A stretch of DNA of 64,000 nt from positions 1 through 64,000 of the IMG/VR virus record IMGVR_UViG_3300042691_047443; one strand, 5' to 3'. The notes under the pieces are model-generated. The model saw only the letters and a list, made by a program, of their open reading frames with translations, was not told where the DNA came from and made no database searches. A program made the translations under genes and the position numbers. Shown here piece after piece: positions 18,090-27,130 of this stretch; position 1 is the first letter of the stretch, and every line of letters starts with the position of its first letter. This DNA is from a virus.

Positions 18090-18400
18090 TCCTCCACATC
18101 ATCAGTCTTTTGGTCAATCTTTACAGGTAACTTTGCATCAGTCCATTTTCTACCGAAATAAAGTGTAAGAATGGGAACTAAATACGCTCCCACGGCACCT
18201 GCATCAAATTCCCTAAATTCAACGTTGCCAATTTTTTCAAACCAAGATGCAACGTAGGCAAAAGTTGTCACCCAAAATGAAACAAGCATCAGTGTCACGG
18301 TCACAGATCCATGCCCTCGAGAGTCTCTAAGCATATACCAGGGTTTTTTATCGCCCTTTTGAGTCTTTTCTTTTTGAGGCCGTGTGCTTGACATAAACAT
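18086..18400 (-). CDS. Two-TM membrane protein (holin-like)
   Basis: Two hydrophobic helices, charged termini. Confidence 0.55.
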   Translation of the reverse strand: MFMSSTRPQKEKTQKGDKKPWYMLRDSRGHGSVTVTLMLVSFWVTTFAYVASWFEKIGNVEFREFDAGAVGAYLVPILTLYFGRKWTDAKLPVKIDQKTDDVEE

Positions 18401-18439
18401 CCTCTTACGCTAATTCTAGCCTTAAATAGGAAGAAAAAA

Positions 18440-18946
18440 TTAATTTGATGCTTGAATGGCAAACATTGTTAAAAGCGTAATACCGATTCCACCAAAAAAA
18501 CCAAGAGATGCCCACAAGGTGACGTTTGGTCGATTTTCTATTTCTTTTTGCAGTTGGGATCCTAGATCTAGTACTTGTTTTTCACTTGACGCCAACCTAG
18601 AAGATATAATCGTTTTTTCTGTCTCGTGTTCAATTTTTTGATTAGTAAGCTCACGATCGAGGTTGGCTGAGTGTTCTTTTATTAACCTGTCTTTCTCTAT
18701 GGTGACTGCTTCTTCGTAAGAAGATATTTCGGCAATAATCTCAGCGATTGCGCGGGGAGACAATAAGAGACCACTGAACGGCGCTTTCTGTGTTTTAATC
18801 AAAGGGCTAATCACCGCCCCAAGATCTGATTCAGATGAAGGAGACGAGATCGTGGGCAATTTTATTGCCAACTGAGGTTGATCTGCATGTACGTTTGTTG
18901 TATTTAACAAAAACGCCACAATGATCAATGATGAGAGAAATTTCAT
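18440..18946 (-). CDS. Secreted coiled-coil protein with C-terminal TM (spanin-like?)
   Basis: Signal peptide MKFLSSLIIVAFLL...VHA; coiled coil; C-terminal TM. Confidence 0.55.
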   Translation of the reverse strand: MKFLSSLIIVAFLLNTTNVHADQPQLAIKLPTISSPSSESDLGAVISPLIKTQKAPFSGLLLSPRAIAEIIAEISSYEEAVTIEKDRLIKEHSANLDRELTNQKIEHETEKTIISSRLASSEKQVLDLGSQLQKEIENRPNVTLWASLGFFGGIGITLLTMFAIQASN

Positions 18947-18947
18947 A

Positions 18948-19334
18948 TCACCCCTCGGGCATAATAATATCGAATCCGGTAACTTTTGAGAGTTGTATAG
19001 CGAGTTCGGCTGGATCATTTCCGTGATGAGACACAATTGTTTCTATCTGTTTTTTCTTTTTTTCTGTCAACTCTTTTTTAGCAGATTCATATTGTAGTTG
19101 AATACTTGCGATGATTTCTTGGTATTTTGCCTCGTTCAATTCGCGTAGTCTTCTTTCCTTTTCTAAAGATTCAGATATTTTTTTTATCTGCTGGTCGTGA
19201 TCTAGCTGTATTGACCTTAGCTTTGTGGTAAAGTCCGCGTCACGACGTCTAAAGAAAACGACAGAAAGCAAAACACCTAAAATTAATATGATGATTTGCC
19301 AATTCTTTTTTAATGTCAAGAATATCTTTTTCAC
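18948..19334 (-). CDS. N-terminal TM coiled-coil protein (i-spanin-like?)
   Basis: TM at residues ~13-28 followed by a long coiled coil. Confidence 0.55.
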   Translation of the reverse strand: MKKIFLTLKKNWQIIILILGVLLSVVFFRRRDADFTTKLRSIQLDHDQQIKKISESLEKERRLRELNEAKYQEIIASIQLQYESAKKELTEKKKKQIETIVSHHGNDPAELAIQLSKVTGFDIIMPEG

Positions 19335-19571
19335 TTAATTCAACTTTAGTTCGTCAAAAACAAATTCTATATCTTCGTGAGGTTCACTTAATCTCTTCAA
19401 CAACTCTTTTTGAAAAAGAAGAAGATCAGTCAATGCACTATGGTGTGCATGAACAATGAGGCTAAGTTGATCAACTGAATCCGACAGATTAACAATCTTT
19501 TTCTTCGTCTCAGCGTATTCATCTGAGATCTTGAGTGATTTTTCAAAATATTTGTGTAATATGGACATCAA
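19335..19571 (-). CDS. Hypothetical coiled-coil protein
   Basis: 78 aa ORF in run. Confidence 0.55.
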   Translation of the reverse strand: MMSILHKYFEKSLKISDEYAETKKKIVNLSDSVDQLSLIVHAHHSALTDLLLFQKELLKRLSEPHEDIEFVFDELKLN

Positions 19572-19870
19572 TCCTCTTTGTCAGAATTAATCATTGTATA
19601 CAGAGATTCAGAGTCAATTTCATTAAATGAACCCCGATTATTAGATCTCTTGGGACGACCCTCCAACGCATCCTGCAATTTTCTCTTTACGATACTTTCG
19701 ATTATATTTTTACCAAACCTTGTGTCTTCAACGATCTGCTTTGCACATTCATCAAATATTTCTTGCATAGAAATATTGTGTTTGAATAGCCTTGTTCTAA
19801 GCTCAAAGTGAGTGTTTTTTTCAAGACTAACGTGGATGCTTTTTCTTCCCTGAAAAAGATCATGCCCCAT
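19568..19870 (-). CDS. Ribbon-helix-helix-like DNA-binding protein
   Basis: RKSIHVSL....H..LR.......ISMQEIF strand-helix-helix pattern. Confidence 0.55.
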   Translation of the reverse strand: MGHDLFQGRKSIHVSLEKNTHFELRTRLFKHNISMQEIFDECAKQIVEDTRFGKNIIESIVKRKLQDALEGRPKRSNNRGSFNEIDSESLYTMINSDKED

Positions 19871-20433
19871 CAGGCCCCTCCTCCTCCGCTTGAGCCCGCC
19901 CTATCTGCAAACGGTGCCTGAAATTCATCAGATGATGTATTAGGCGATCCATCGACAGACAAATCGAACTGATCTTCCATGATGTCCTTAAACTTTTCAA
20001 CAACGTCAAGTTCGTAGTTTTTATTGATAAAGTTTGTGGCACGACGTAATATTGTCGTCCTGATCTCAAGCAAAGAATCGTAATTGTCTATTAGGCGAGA
20101 AATGCTGTTTGCAAAATTATTTAAATCTATGTCTTCAATCTTAAGCTTCTCGGCTTTTGTCTCTTCTGCGTCACTGCCACTGCCTGAGTCTTCGTCGCCC
20201 TCTTCTTCATCACCCTCAGCCTCAAGGAGGCGTCGAAGGAGTCTTCTCCAGTCCTTGGACTCGTTTTTTGACATCTTAGACTCTGATTCGTAATCTGATA
20301 GAAATCGATCGATCTGTATATCGATTGAATCATTGCCTCTTTCTTGAGGGGTCTCTTCCGCCTCATTCAAAATTTTTTTTCTTGACTCAGATACGAGTCT
20401 TTTCCATCCTATCTTAGGGCTATAACGCATCAT
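19870..20433 (-). CDS. Acidic hypothetical protein (putative internal virion protein)
   Basis: WKRLVSE..ILNE and WRRLLRRLLE motifs; acidic tracts. Confidence 0.65.
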   Translation of the reverse strand: MMRYSPKIGWKRLVSESRKKILNEAEETPQERGNDSIDIQIDRFLSDYESESKMSKNESKDWRRLLRRLLEAEGDEEEGDEDSGSGSDAEETKAEKLKIEDIDLNNFANSISRLIDNYDSLLEIRTTILRRATNFINKNYELDVVEKFKDIMEDQFDLSVDGSPNTSSDEFQAPFADRAGSSGGGGA

Positions 20434-21155
20434 GATTTCACCGCCTGAGCGATCAACTCTGCGCGCTCCACCCGTTCCTCAATGACGCTCCATTTGAATT
20501 CTTTCATTTGAGAAACAAGATAGCTTTTCTTGTCAGAGAGGTAATCTCTTGTATAGCTGTGCTCCCACATGTCAACGACGATTACTGGAAATACGCCCAA
20601 CATCACGTCTCCACTGTGATGGCTTACGATCATGTTCACAAACCTACGCAAGAACATGTGGTATCCACAGACTGCCCAGCCGTTTCCGGCAGACATTGCT
20701 GTCGCCATGAAGTCCTTTTGCCACGTATCAAAAGTTCCAAAGTCCCTCTGTAGTCGCAGATAGGCCTTGGAATCCATGACAATTTCGCTGTGTGGATCAA
20801 AACAATTTGCAAAATAAAGTTCGTGAAGCCAGACTGCATTGAGGTTATACGACTCATCTAGTTTCAGTGAACGAAATTCAGAGTGACGTGGATTTGCCTC
20901 TGATCGATCTGCGGTATCCAACTTCGAAGAAACGTCGTTCAGCGACTGAATGTAATTCTTGTAGAGGCCTTGGTGCATGTCTTTCGTTTTTTGAGAGACT
21001 AGTTCAGAAACCTGCTTGAATTGCTTCGGTTCTGCAACATATGCTTCATCCAAGGTGCTTCTGTTTTGTGTAACAGATTCTTTGACTGTTTTCTTCAAAA
21101 GCATGTCTAGGTCCGTACTGTCTATGATTGAACGTCCTGAATTAATCGACCTCAT
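20430..21155 (-). CDS. Fe/Mn superoxide dismutase family protein with N-terminal extension
   Basis: Metal-ligand motifs MH, LHELYF, DMWEHSY; RDFGTFD.W..DF; GNGWA. Confidence 0.88.
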   Translation of the reverse strand: MRSINSGRSIIDSTDLDMLLKKTVKESVTQNRSTLDEAYVAEPKQFKQVSELVSQKTKDMHQGLYKNYIQSLNDVSSKLDTADRSEANPRHSEFRSLKLDESYNLNAVWLHELYFANCFDPHSEIVMDSKAYLRLQRDFGTFDTWQKDFMATAMSAGNGWAVCGYHMFLRRFVNMIVSHHSGDVMLGVFPVIVVDMWEHSYTRDYLSDKKSYLVSQMKEFKWSVIEERVERAELIAQAVKS

Positions 21156-21450
21156 AATTTTTCTCCAACTTTTTGGCGGTTACTAGAAAATCTTTTCCTT
21201 CCGGCGTTCTTAAGACACAATCTTCGTTGTTGACGGATATTACAGTATAGCGTATCTGAGACTTTTTGTGACGAACTTTCAATCCCGGTGACAGGACAGG
21301 GATTTCCTCCTTTGGGACTTTTCCCTTCGAAGGAATCTTCACCGCATAATCTATGCCTACTTCTTCCGCAAGGTTTTTCAGTTTTGCTTCCCATTCCTCA
21401 CGAATCATTCTGATGATATCGGCTTCTGAAAGTTTCTTTATTTCCTGCAT
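21142..21450 (-). CDS. Hypothetical protein (IIRMIREE motif plus SH3-like C-terminus)
   Basis: GTAATTA 5 nt upstream; PGLKVRHK...YTVISV. Confidence 0.65.
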   Translation of the reverse strand: MQEIKKLSEADIIRMIREEWEAKLKNLAEEVGIDYAVKIPSKGKVPKEEIPVLSPGLKVRHKKSQIRYTVISVNNEDCVLRTPEGKDFLVTAKKLEKNYEVD

Positions 21451-21458
21451 ATGACTAA

Positions 21459-21896
21459 TTACCCCGATTTGTCCATTTTGATCGCGTCTTGATAACTGAG
21501 CACCTCAATTCCGGCAGATCTCATCATTTCAAGACCTGAAGTGTCCCTGTATTCGTGCAGGTATATGACTCTAGAGATTTCAGCGTTTATTATAAGTTTT
21601 GAGCATGCCCGACAGGGGCTATGCGTAACATACATATGTTTCTTTTTAGAAAAGTTGTAATCACACTTAATTAATGCATTAACTTCTGCGTGAATAAACC
21701 CGCTTTGGCCTGGTTCTTGTGATTCGTGACAATTAGGGCCGCCCTTGTAGTTACCATTGTAACCCATCGACAACATCTGAGTGTTGTCTTCTGCTACGAC
21801 AATGGCACCAACTTTTAACCGTGGATCGTAAGATCTTCCAGAGATAACGTTTGCAACGTCCATCCACGTTTCTGACCAATATTTTCTTTGATTCAT
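21459..21896 (-). CDS. dCMP deaminase
   Basis: KVGAIVV; GYNG; HAEVNA; THSPCRACSKLII. Confidence 0.93.
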   Translation of the reverse strand: MNQRKYWSETWMDVANVISGRSYDPRLKVGAIVVAEDNTQMLSMGYNGNYKGGPNCHESQEPGQSGFIHAEVNALIKCDYNFSKKKHMYVTHSPCRACSKLIINAEISRVIYLHEYRDTSGLEMMRSAGIEVLSYQDAIKMDKSG

Positions 21897-22483
21897 TTCT
21901 TTAACTTAAGATTAAAAACTGTTGGAAAATGAGTGGCGCACCTGGGTTCGTAAAGTTCATCGCCACCCACCTCAACCACAAATTCATCTCCGCCTAATGT
22001 CTTTTTATGCGTAAAGGGGGCATCATCTCCACAAACGGTGCAAACCGCAGTGCACTTCTCTATCCGGGTTGCCCAAGGCAACATCTGAGAAATTTCAGGG
22101 AAAGGCTTTCCGTTCGATGCCATGTCCAGCGTTGACACGATCACGTTAAAACCACTTTGGTACAAAAAGACAAGAACCTCAGCAATTCCCGGAATCATAA
22201 AGGCTTCATCTACGGCAATAACGTGAGGATCTTCACTTGCATTGGCAAGAAAGTGCAAGATATCTGCGCCTTCTTGCACACAAACTGCAGAATGCCTCCA
22301 TCCACCGTGTGTCATGATTTCAGCAACGCTGTACCTCGTGTCCATGGTGGGTTTAAAAACAGCAACCCTTTCACGTTGATACTTGTAACGTTCCAGGTCC
22401 ATCAATAACCTAGACGTTTTTGAGCTAAACATGGGACCACAGTATACATTAAAGACAGGATTTTTCTGCATCAGATTCCCCAC
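21893..22483 (-). CDS. tdk: Thymidine kinase
   Basis: GPMFSSKT; FKP..DTRY; IAVDEA; CTVC; VGG.ELYEPRC. Confidence 0.93.
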   Translation of the reverse strand: MGNLMQKNPVFNVYCGPMFSSKTSRLLMDLERYKYQRERVAVFKPTMDTRYSVAEIMTHGGWRHSAVCVQEGADILHFLANASEDPHVIAVDEAFMIPGIAEVLVFLYQSGFNVIVSTLDMASNGKPFPEISQMLPWATRIEKCTAVCTVCGDDAPFTHKKTLGGDEFVVEVGGDELYEPRCATHFPTVFNLKLKK

Positions 22484-23070
22484 TAATCTAAGGTATAATT
22501 TTTACATAAGGTGTTCATCAACAAAATATTCAAATTTTCCTTGAATGGCGTCCTGAGCCATTCTGGGATGACATCATGCCAATGGTGAGGCTTATAATTG
22601 TTTCTGTCTGCCGCAACGTTGAAATGCCTATCATAATTAGGACCTTTCTCATGTACGTGACCATGAACAATATGCAAAAAATCACCCAAGGCTGATTCGT
22701 CAAACTTTTTATCGGAAAGTGACTTAAGTGGATAGTGTGACAACGCCACACCCCCTAGGTTAAGATAATCGTAAACAGCGATGAAACCTGAATCTATGTA
22801 CCACTGATCCTGCTGGTGATCGTGATTACCTCTGATCAGGATCTTCTTACCGTTCATTCGCCGGATCAATTCTCTTAATTCTTCAATTCTTCCCTTTAAT
22901 CCGGCCGATATGTCGCCTACAAAAACCCCGACGTCGTTTTCCTCTACCCGAGAGTTCCAGTTCTCTAACATGTGTTCGTTCATTTGGGCTGAGTCCACGA
23001 AGGGCCTGGAACAATACCTGATGATATTTTCGTGAAAATAGTGATTGTCTGATGTGAAATAAACCGTCAT
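22483..23070 (-). CDS. Calcineurin-like metallophosphoesterase
   Basis: TSDNH; GD; GNHD; SHYP; HGHVH. Confidence 0.92.
   Translation of the reverse strand: MTVYFTSDNHYFHENIIRYCSRPFVDSAQMNEHMLENWNSRVEENDVGVFVGDISAGLKGRIEELRELIRRMNGKKILIRGNHDHQQDQWYIDSGFIAVYDYLNLGGVALSHYPLKSLSDKKFDESALGDFLHIVHGHVHEKGPNYDRHFNVAADRNNYKPHHWHDVIPEWLRTPFKENLNILLMNTLCKNYTLD
22490..22518 (-). promoter_or_regulatory. Sigma70-like promoter, leaderless
   Basis: ATGAAC-N17-TACCTT-N6-GTG(22483). Confidence 0.45.
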
Positions 23071-23071
23071 A

Positions 23072-24661
23072 TTAAATTCTCAATGTGTTCCAAATTGTGT
23101 CCTTGTTGTCCTCTGACAGCCAGGATGGTAAATTTTCCTTGAAAATTCTGCTCTCCCCTGAAGAGAGGTAATCTCTCATATCGCTTGCACACAAACCATT
23201 TGTCAACGTCCTTGAGATCGACACGTGTGATAGTCGTTCCTTAAATTGTGGGAGACGTGTGAGGAACGACTCCAACCTTGACTTCGCATCATCGTCGCCA
23301 TCGCCTGTGGAGCCTCCATAGATTGACACAGAACCAGATGCTCCGGTCAAGAATCTTTTTGCAAACAACAAGGCTTCCGTCATAGGAGACCCGGAAAACG
23401 AAGCATAAAGACCCGAGCCGTACATAATTTCCATCTTAGGAAAGTACACGTCCCTCCACAACGTCAGCATGTCATGTGTTGATACGTTTGAACGATCTTT
23501 CGTCGACAAGAACAACATCACTGACTTGCAACCGTCACTAAATGCACGATCAATTAGAGAGGCATGACCAGCGTGAAAAGGCTTTGCAGCCATGGGAATC
23601 AAGGCAACGTTGTCTGACTTGTCAGGTCCCAATAGGTTCAGCTTTGCGGTAAGAAACACATCATCTTGGACACTCAAAAGTGTTTTTATGGAATGTGCTG
23701 GTAGCGTTTTTGTTCGATAAATGCGAGAAGACAGTTCTCCAAAAGTCTCCTGTAGATCACTTATTACGACGTCTTTAGTCATTTCAGCAGCTACTTTGTG
23801 AATAGCTTCCCAGTATGTTTCCTCGTCTCTTTCTGTTGCTTTGAATCTTGATTTCTTTGCGTCTCGTACTTCTTTCAAGTGTTGGTCAGGAGCAAGCACT
23901 TTGCTAAGAGATTTCCCGTCGTCGCCTGTACGTTCAATCACTACACCTTCGGATTGACCACCGAGAACAGATTGAAAATCCTCAAACACGCCTATCAGAC
24001 GTTTCATCACCTCTTCGTGACGATCGAAATCAACGTGTCGAAAAGCCGAAATCAACAATTCTCTAACGCTACCAACAGCCGAACCGAATTCAATCGCCTC
24101 AGGTGCATTCATCCGTCCTTTAAATAAAGTTGGAAATTCACCAAGCTGTAACAATTGTCGATATTTTTCAAAGCGCTGCGCGTCATCGTGAAACATCGAA
24201 GAGCTGTACAGACGACCACGAAACTGTACAAAATTGCAGTCGCCAAAACCCACAAGGAACATGTTGTGTTTCAGCACATAGTCACGAGTAATCGTGGGCT
24301 TATTCTGTACAAACTCAACGAAAAATTCAGTGTTTCTCGGAATCTCTGCACAATCAGGGTGAACCTTCCGTAAATGATCATGCACAAACTTATATTGAGA
24401 CGTGCCGATGGAAAATTCCCGTATCTCGGAATCACGCTCAGCAAGACCACAAAATTCAGTGGCGTGAATGATGTTGTCCTTGTATGACACAATCCAGTTT
24501 TTGGTATAATCGATAGGATCAAATACTTCACAATTTCTGATTAACGTAAGCTTTGTTCCATCAATCTTTTCCACGATCTTCAGGTGACCGTCGAAAAAAA
24601 TCTTTGCCTTGCTTGCGGATGTTATTGTCTTCTTTAAGTCTTTAATCGAAATATCAAGCAT
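23072..24661 (-). CDS. Fusion of ATP-dependent ligase-like adenylation domain and HxGH nucleotidyltransferase domain
   Basis: EKIDGT (motif I), EFFVEF, SEGVVI, KV; C-terminal KPFHAGH and ASDMR. Confidence 0.75.
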   Translation of the reverse strand: MLDISIKDLKKTITSASKAKIFFDGHLKIVEKIDGTKLTLIRNCEVFDPIDYTKNWIVSYKDNIIHATEFCGLAERDSEIREFSIGTSQYKFVHDHLRKVHPDCAEIPRNTEFFVEFVQNKPTITRDYVLKHNMFLVGFGDCNFVQFRGRLYSSSMFHDDAQRFEKYRQLLQLGEFPTLFKGRMNAPEAIEFGSAVGSVRELLISAFRHVDFDRHEEVMKRLIGVFEDFQSVLGGQSEGVVIERTGDDGKSLSKVLAPDQHLKEVRDAKKSRFKATERDEETYWEAIHKVAAEMTKDVVISDLQETFGELSSRIYRTKTLPAHSIKTLLSVQDDVFLTAKLNLLGPDKSDNVALIPMAAKPFHAGHASLIDRAFSDGCKSVMLFLSTKDRSNVSTHDMLTLWRDVYFPKMEIMYGSGLYASFSGSPMTEALLFAKRFLTGASGSVSIYGGSTGDGDDDAKSRLESFLTRLPQFKERLSHVSISRTLTNGLCASDMRDYLSSGESRIFKENLPSWLSEDNKDTIWNTLRI

Positions 24662-25814
24662 TCAACTTCCTATTATAGTACGAAGCGATCATCTTCTCTA
24701 CGTGATGATCATACACCTTCAGAAATTGAAGTTCATTCCTGAACATATTTACCGCAGGCATCTTTGTGCTATAATCATTCGATTCATCAAAAATGTCGAG
24801 GACTTGGCTTTTTTGACCGAAAAGTTTGTGATCTACGAAGTCAAGGTATATGTCACATATAACCTTTTCTTCAAAGAAAGAGTTCAGCAGCGTCAACAGG
24901 CCCAGAAATGATGAGAACAAGTTCAGATCATCTTTAGTCGGGACTCGTGACACGAGCATTTCAAAAATGTCAGATTTACTCCTGACAAAAATAGAATCAC
25001 GTGCCTCAGTCTTTTTATATGCAAATTTTCCCGACACCATGACAGGAGTACAATCACGGTAGAATTGTTGTTCAGCTGCAACTCTCAATCCTTTGTCAAC
25101 AGAAAATGACAAAGTGTGAACATGGTCTGATTTTGCAAGCCTAATTTTTTCGAACGGTTCTAACGGGCTTTGTGGCGTTAACAACACTGCATCATGTCTG
25201 GATGATACAACAGTTGCAATACTTCTCAACAGAAGTTTGTGGAACACGCCTTTGACGCCTGCCTTTACGTCAAACCAATTTGATGACTTAGAAAATTTAA
25301 TGAACTCGAGCGGACCATTAGCATCATATGGTGTCCCTTCAAAATCTATCTGAACCTTTAACTTGTTTAACTCATTGAGTTCATATTCAAAAACAGAATT
25401 TATCTGACCGTTTGTTAATGAAGGCTTCTGACCTAAAAAGCTATGCTTTTCGGTAATTTTTTTACCCTGCATTGAACTAAGAACCTCGGACAGCGCACGT
25501 AAATTATTGTCTGGTACTGTTATGTCAAGATCGCCGATCTTCGGCTTGTATCGAACAAACTCCTCAGAGGAAATACCGTAGTCAAACAAGTGAGATGAAG
25601 AACCGTTGAAAACAGCGCATGTTGAAAAAAGATCGCTCCTCACCCCTTTTGGCCAAAGATTTAGACCGACGTGATCATGATACGCAGAATCTATCTGCTC
25701 AAACAAAAGTAAGAAATCATTCACAAAACGATCCCTATCTAGGATCCTGAAGTCAGGTTTGTCAGGCCTTTGATTGAGTCCATTAACGTCAACAACAACA
25801 ACATTCCCACCCAT
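24654..25814 (-). CDS. Pol-beta superfamily nucleotidyltransferase
   Basis: MGGN start; NGSS...GDLDI...QIDF catalytic pattern. Confidence 0.7.
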   Translation of the reverse strand: MGGNVVVVDVNGLNQRPDKPDFRILDRDRFVNDFLLLFEQIDSAYHDHVGLNLWPKGVRSDLFSTCAVFNGSSSHLFDYGISSEEFVRYKPKIGDLDITVPDNNLRALSEVLSSMQGKKITEKHSFLGQKPSLTNGQINSVFEYELNELNKLKVQIDFEGTPYDANGPLEFIKFSKSSNWFDVKAGVKGVFHKLLLRSIATVVSSRHDAVLLTPQSPLEPFEKIRLAKSDHVHTLSFSVDKGLRVAAEQQFYRDCTPVMVSGKFAYKKTEARDSIFVRSKSDIFEMLVSRVPTKDDLNLFSSFLGLLTLLNSFFEEKVICDIYLDFVDHKLFGQKSQVLDIFDESNDYSTKMPAVNMFRNELQFLKVYDHHVEKMIASYYNRKLNA

Positions 25815-25820
25815 CTTAAT

Positions 25821-26369
25821 TTAATCCTGGTTCAATACTACGAACGGAGATTTTACGCTGGGAGAATACTCCCCTGCGACCGCAAGGGCCCTTTCTATCT
25901 TTTGCTTTGGCGTCAGCGATATGTCATGGTAAAGAACATTCATCGCGCCTAGCGCATATGCAAATCCAGAGCCTGACACTGCAAACTTTTGTCTTAAAGA
26001 ACTTACGTTAAAGTCGGCCTCAATCACGTATATGTTTCCCTTGAATCCAAGAACGATCTCGGAGTCATGAGCATCTCCAGTTTCTTCCTTGAAAAGAACG
26101 CCCTTTGTGTCAAGCAGATTTCTCAGGCACTCCACAAAGTCGCACACTAGATATTCCATGTGTGCCTTATTGTTGAGAAACTTGGGAGGCCTGAGAGACC
26201 AACGTAACAGTTGTCCTATTCTGAAACTGCCTGAAAATCCAATAAGAAACTCACCGTTCTTGAAAACCTTTTCATCTTGACGAATGAGAACCTCATCCTC
26301 CCGATAAGAAGCGGAATCTGCACCCATCCAGATGGAACCATTATCTTCAAGTGCGACAACGCAGGTCAC
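25821..26369 (-). CDS. HslV/proteasome beta-like Ntn protease
   Basis: N-terminal Thr (MTCVVAL), GADS, KV, GFSG, SGSG..YALGAM. Confidence 0.85.
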   Translation of the reverse strand: MTCVVALEDNGSIWMGADSASYREDEVLIRQDEKVFKNGEFLIGFSGSFRIGQLLRWSLRPPKFLNNKAHMEYLVCDFVECLRNLLDTKGVLFKEETGDAHDSEIVLGFKGNIYVIEADFNVSSLRQKFAVSGSGFAYALGAMNVLYHDISLTPKQKIERALAVAGEYSPSVKSPFVVLNQD

Positions 26370-27130
26370 TTGAAAGCCTTTCCATATACAGACTCAGGAT
26401 AAGCGTCTCGATACTTTGACCTTGTAATACTCAACTCGCCAGTTTTCAAAAAGTGATCGACTAGGTAAAAATCTCTCTCATATACATGGATGCTTCCGAC
26501 CTGCCAGTGCAGATTACCTGCAGGATAACCAAGCTCACTCGCTACCTTCTCTAACATATGTTGCTGCCAAGATCTATCATTCTTGTATCCAATTAGCGCA
26601 TCGTTACTACGCATTTGCACGATAGCATGGCACTGTCCATTTCTTATAACATACTGAACTGCGTTGGTACACATGAAATCACTGCGACCGTTTGCGCTGT
26701 AATCTTCCCACATTGAAGGTCTTGTGTAGATGATGATTGCCCGTCGACTTTCTGGGTTCTTCCTCAATTCGCCTACGACCTTTTCGAACTGAGATCCGTT
26801 CTCGGGGCTTCGGACGCACCACCCATAGTTAGAGTTGATCTTACCGTCGGCACAGGCAATTGCACGCCAAACAGCAGGTGCGCCACCGGGAAAATCATTC
26901 ACGTTAAGCGACATGGAGTCATACCACTCTTCTTCACGCTTTACGTAATCATGGTTCACTTCTCCGAAAATAACTTCGTCGCCTGCAATGAAACTGGCAC
27001 CGACAATCTCAATCGTGCGAGACCCCATGAGATTGGTCATTGATGCCTCTCGATTGATGGACGTGAAGTGATTCCCCAAAAATAGATTTGCGAACTCATT
27101 CCTAATATCGATCACATTATTGTAATTCAC
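26366..27130 (-). CDS. dCMP hydroxymethylase (T4 gp42-like thymidylate synthase homologue)
   Basis: INSNYGW, SRRAIIIYTRPSM, SDFMCTN.VQY.IR, MRSND..GYKND, GSIHVY closely match gp42; GTG start chosen by GTGA overlap (ORF track start 27163). Confidence 0.9.
   Translation of the reverse strand: MNYNNVIDIRNEFANLFLGNHFTSINREASMTNLMGSRTIEIVGASFIAGDEVIFGEVNHDYVKREEEWYDSMSLNVNDFPGGAPAVWRAIACADGKINSNYGWCVRSPENGSQFEKVVGELRKNPESRRAIIIYTRPSMWEDYSANGRSDFMCTNAVQYVIRNGQCHAIVQMRSNDALIGYKNDRSWQQHMLEKVASELGYPAGNLHWQVGSIHVYERDFYLVDHFLKTGELSITRSKYRDAYPESVYGKAFK

Noticed and set aside
23072-24661. NAD reconstitution pathway (NARP1/NARP2)
   Set aside because: No PRPP-synthetase-like or Nampt-like partner in the window, and an HxGH domain alone is insufficient
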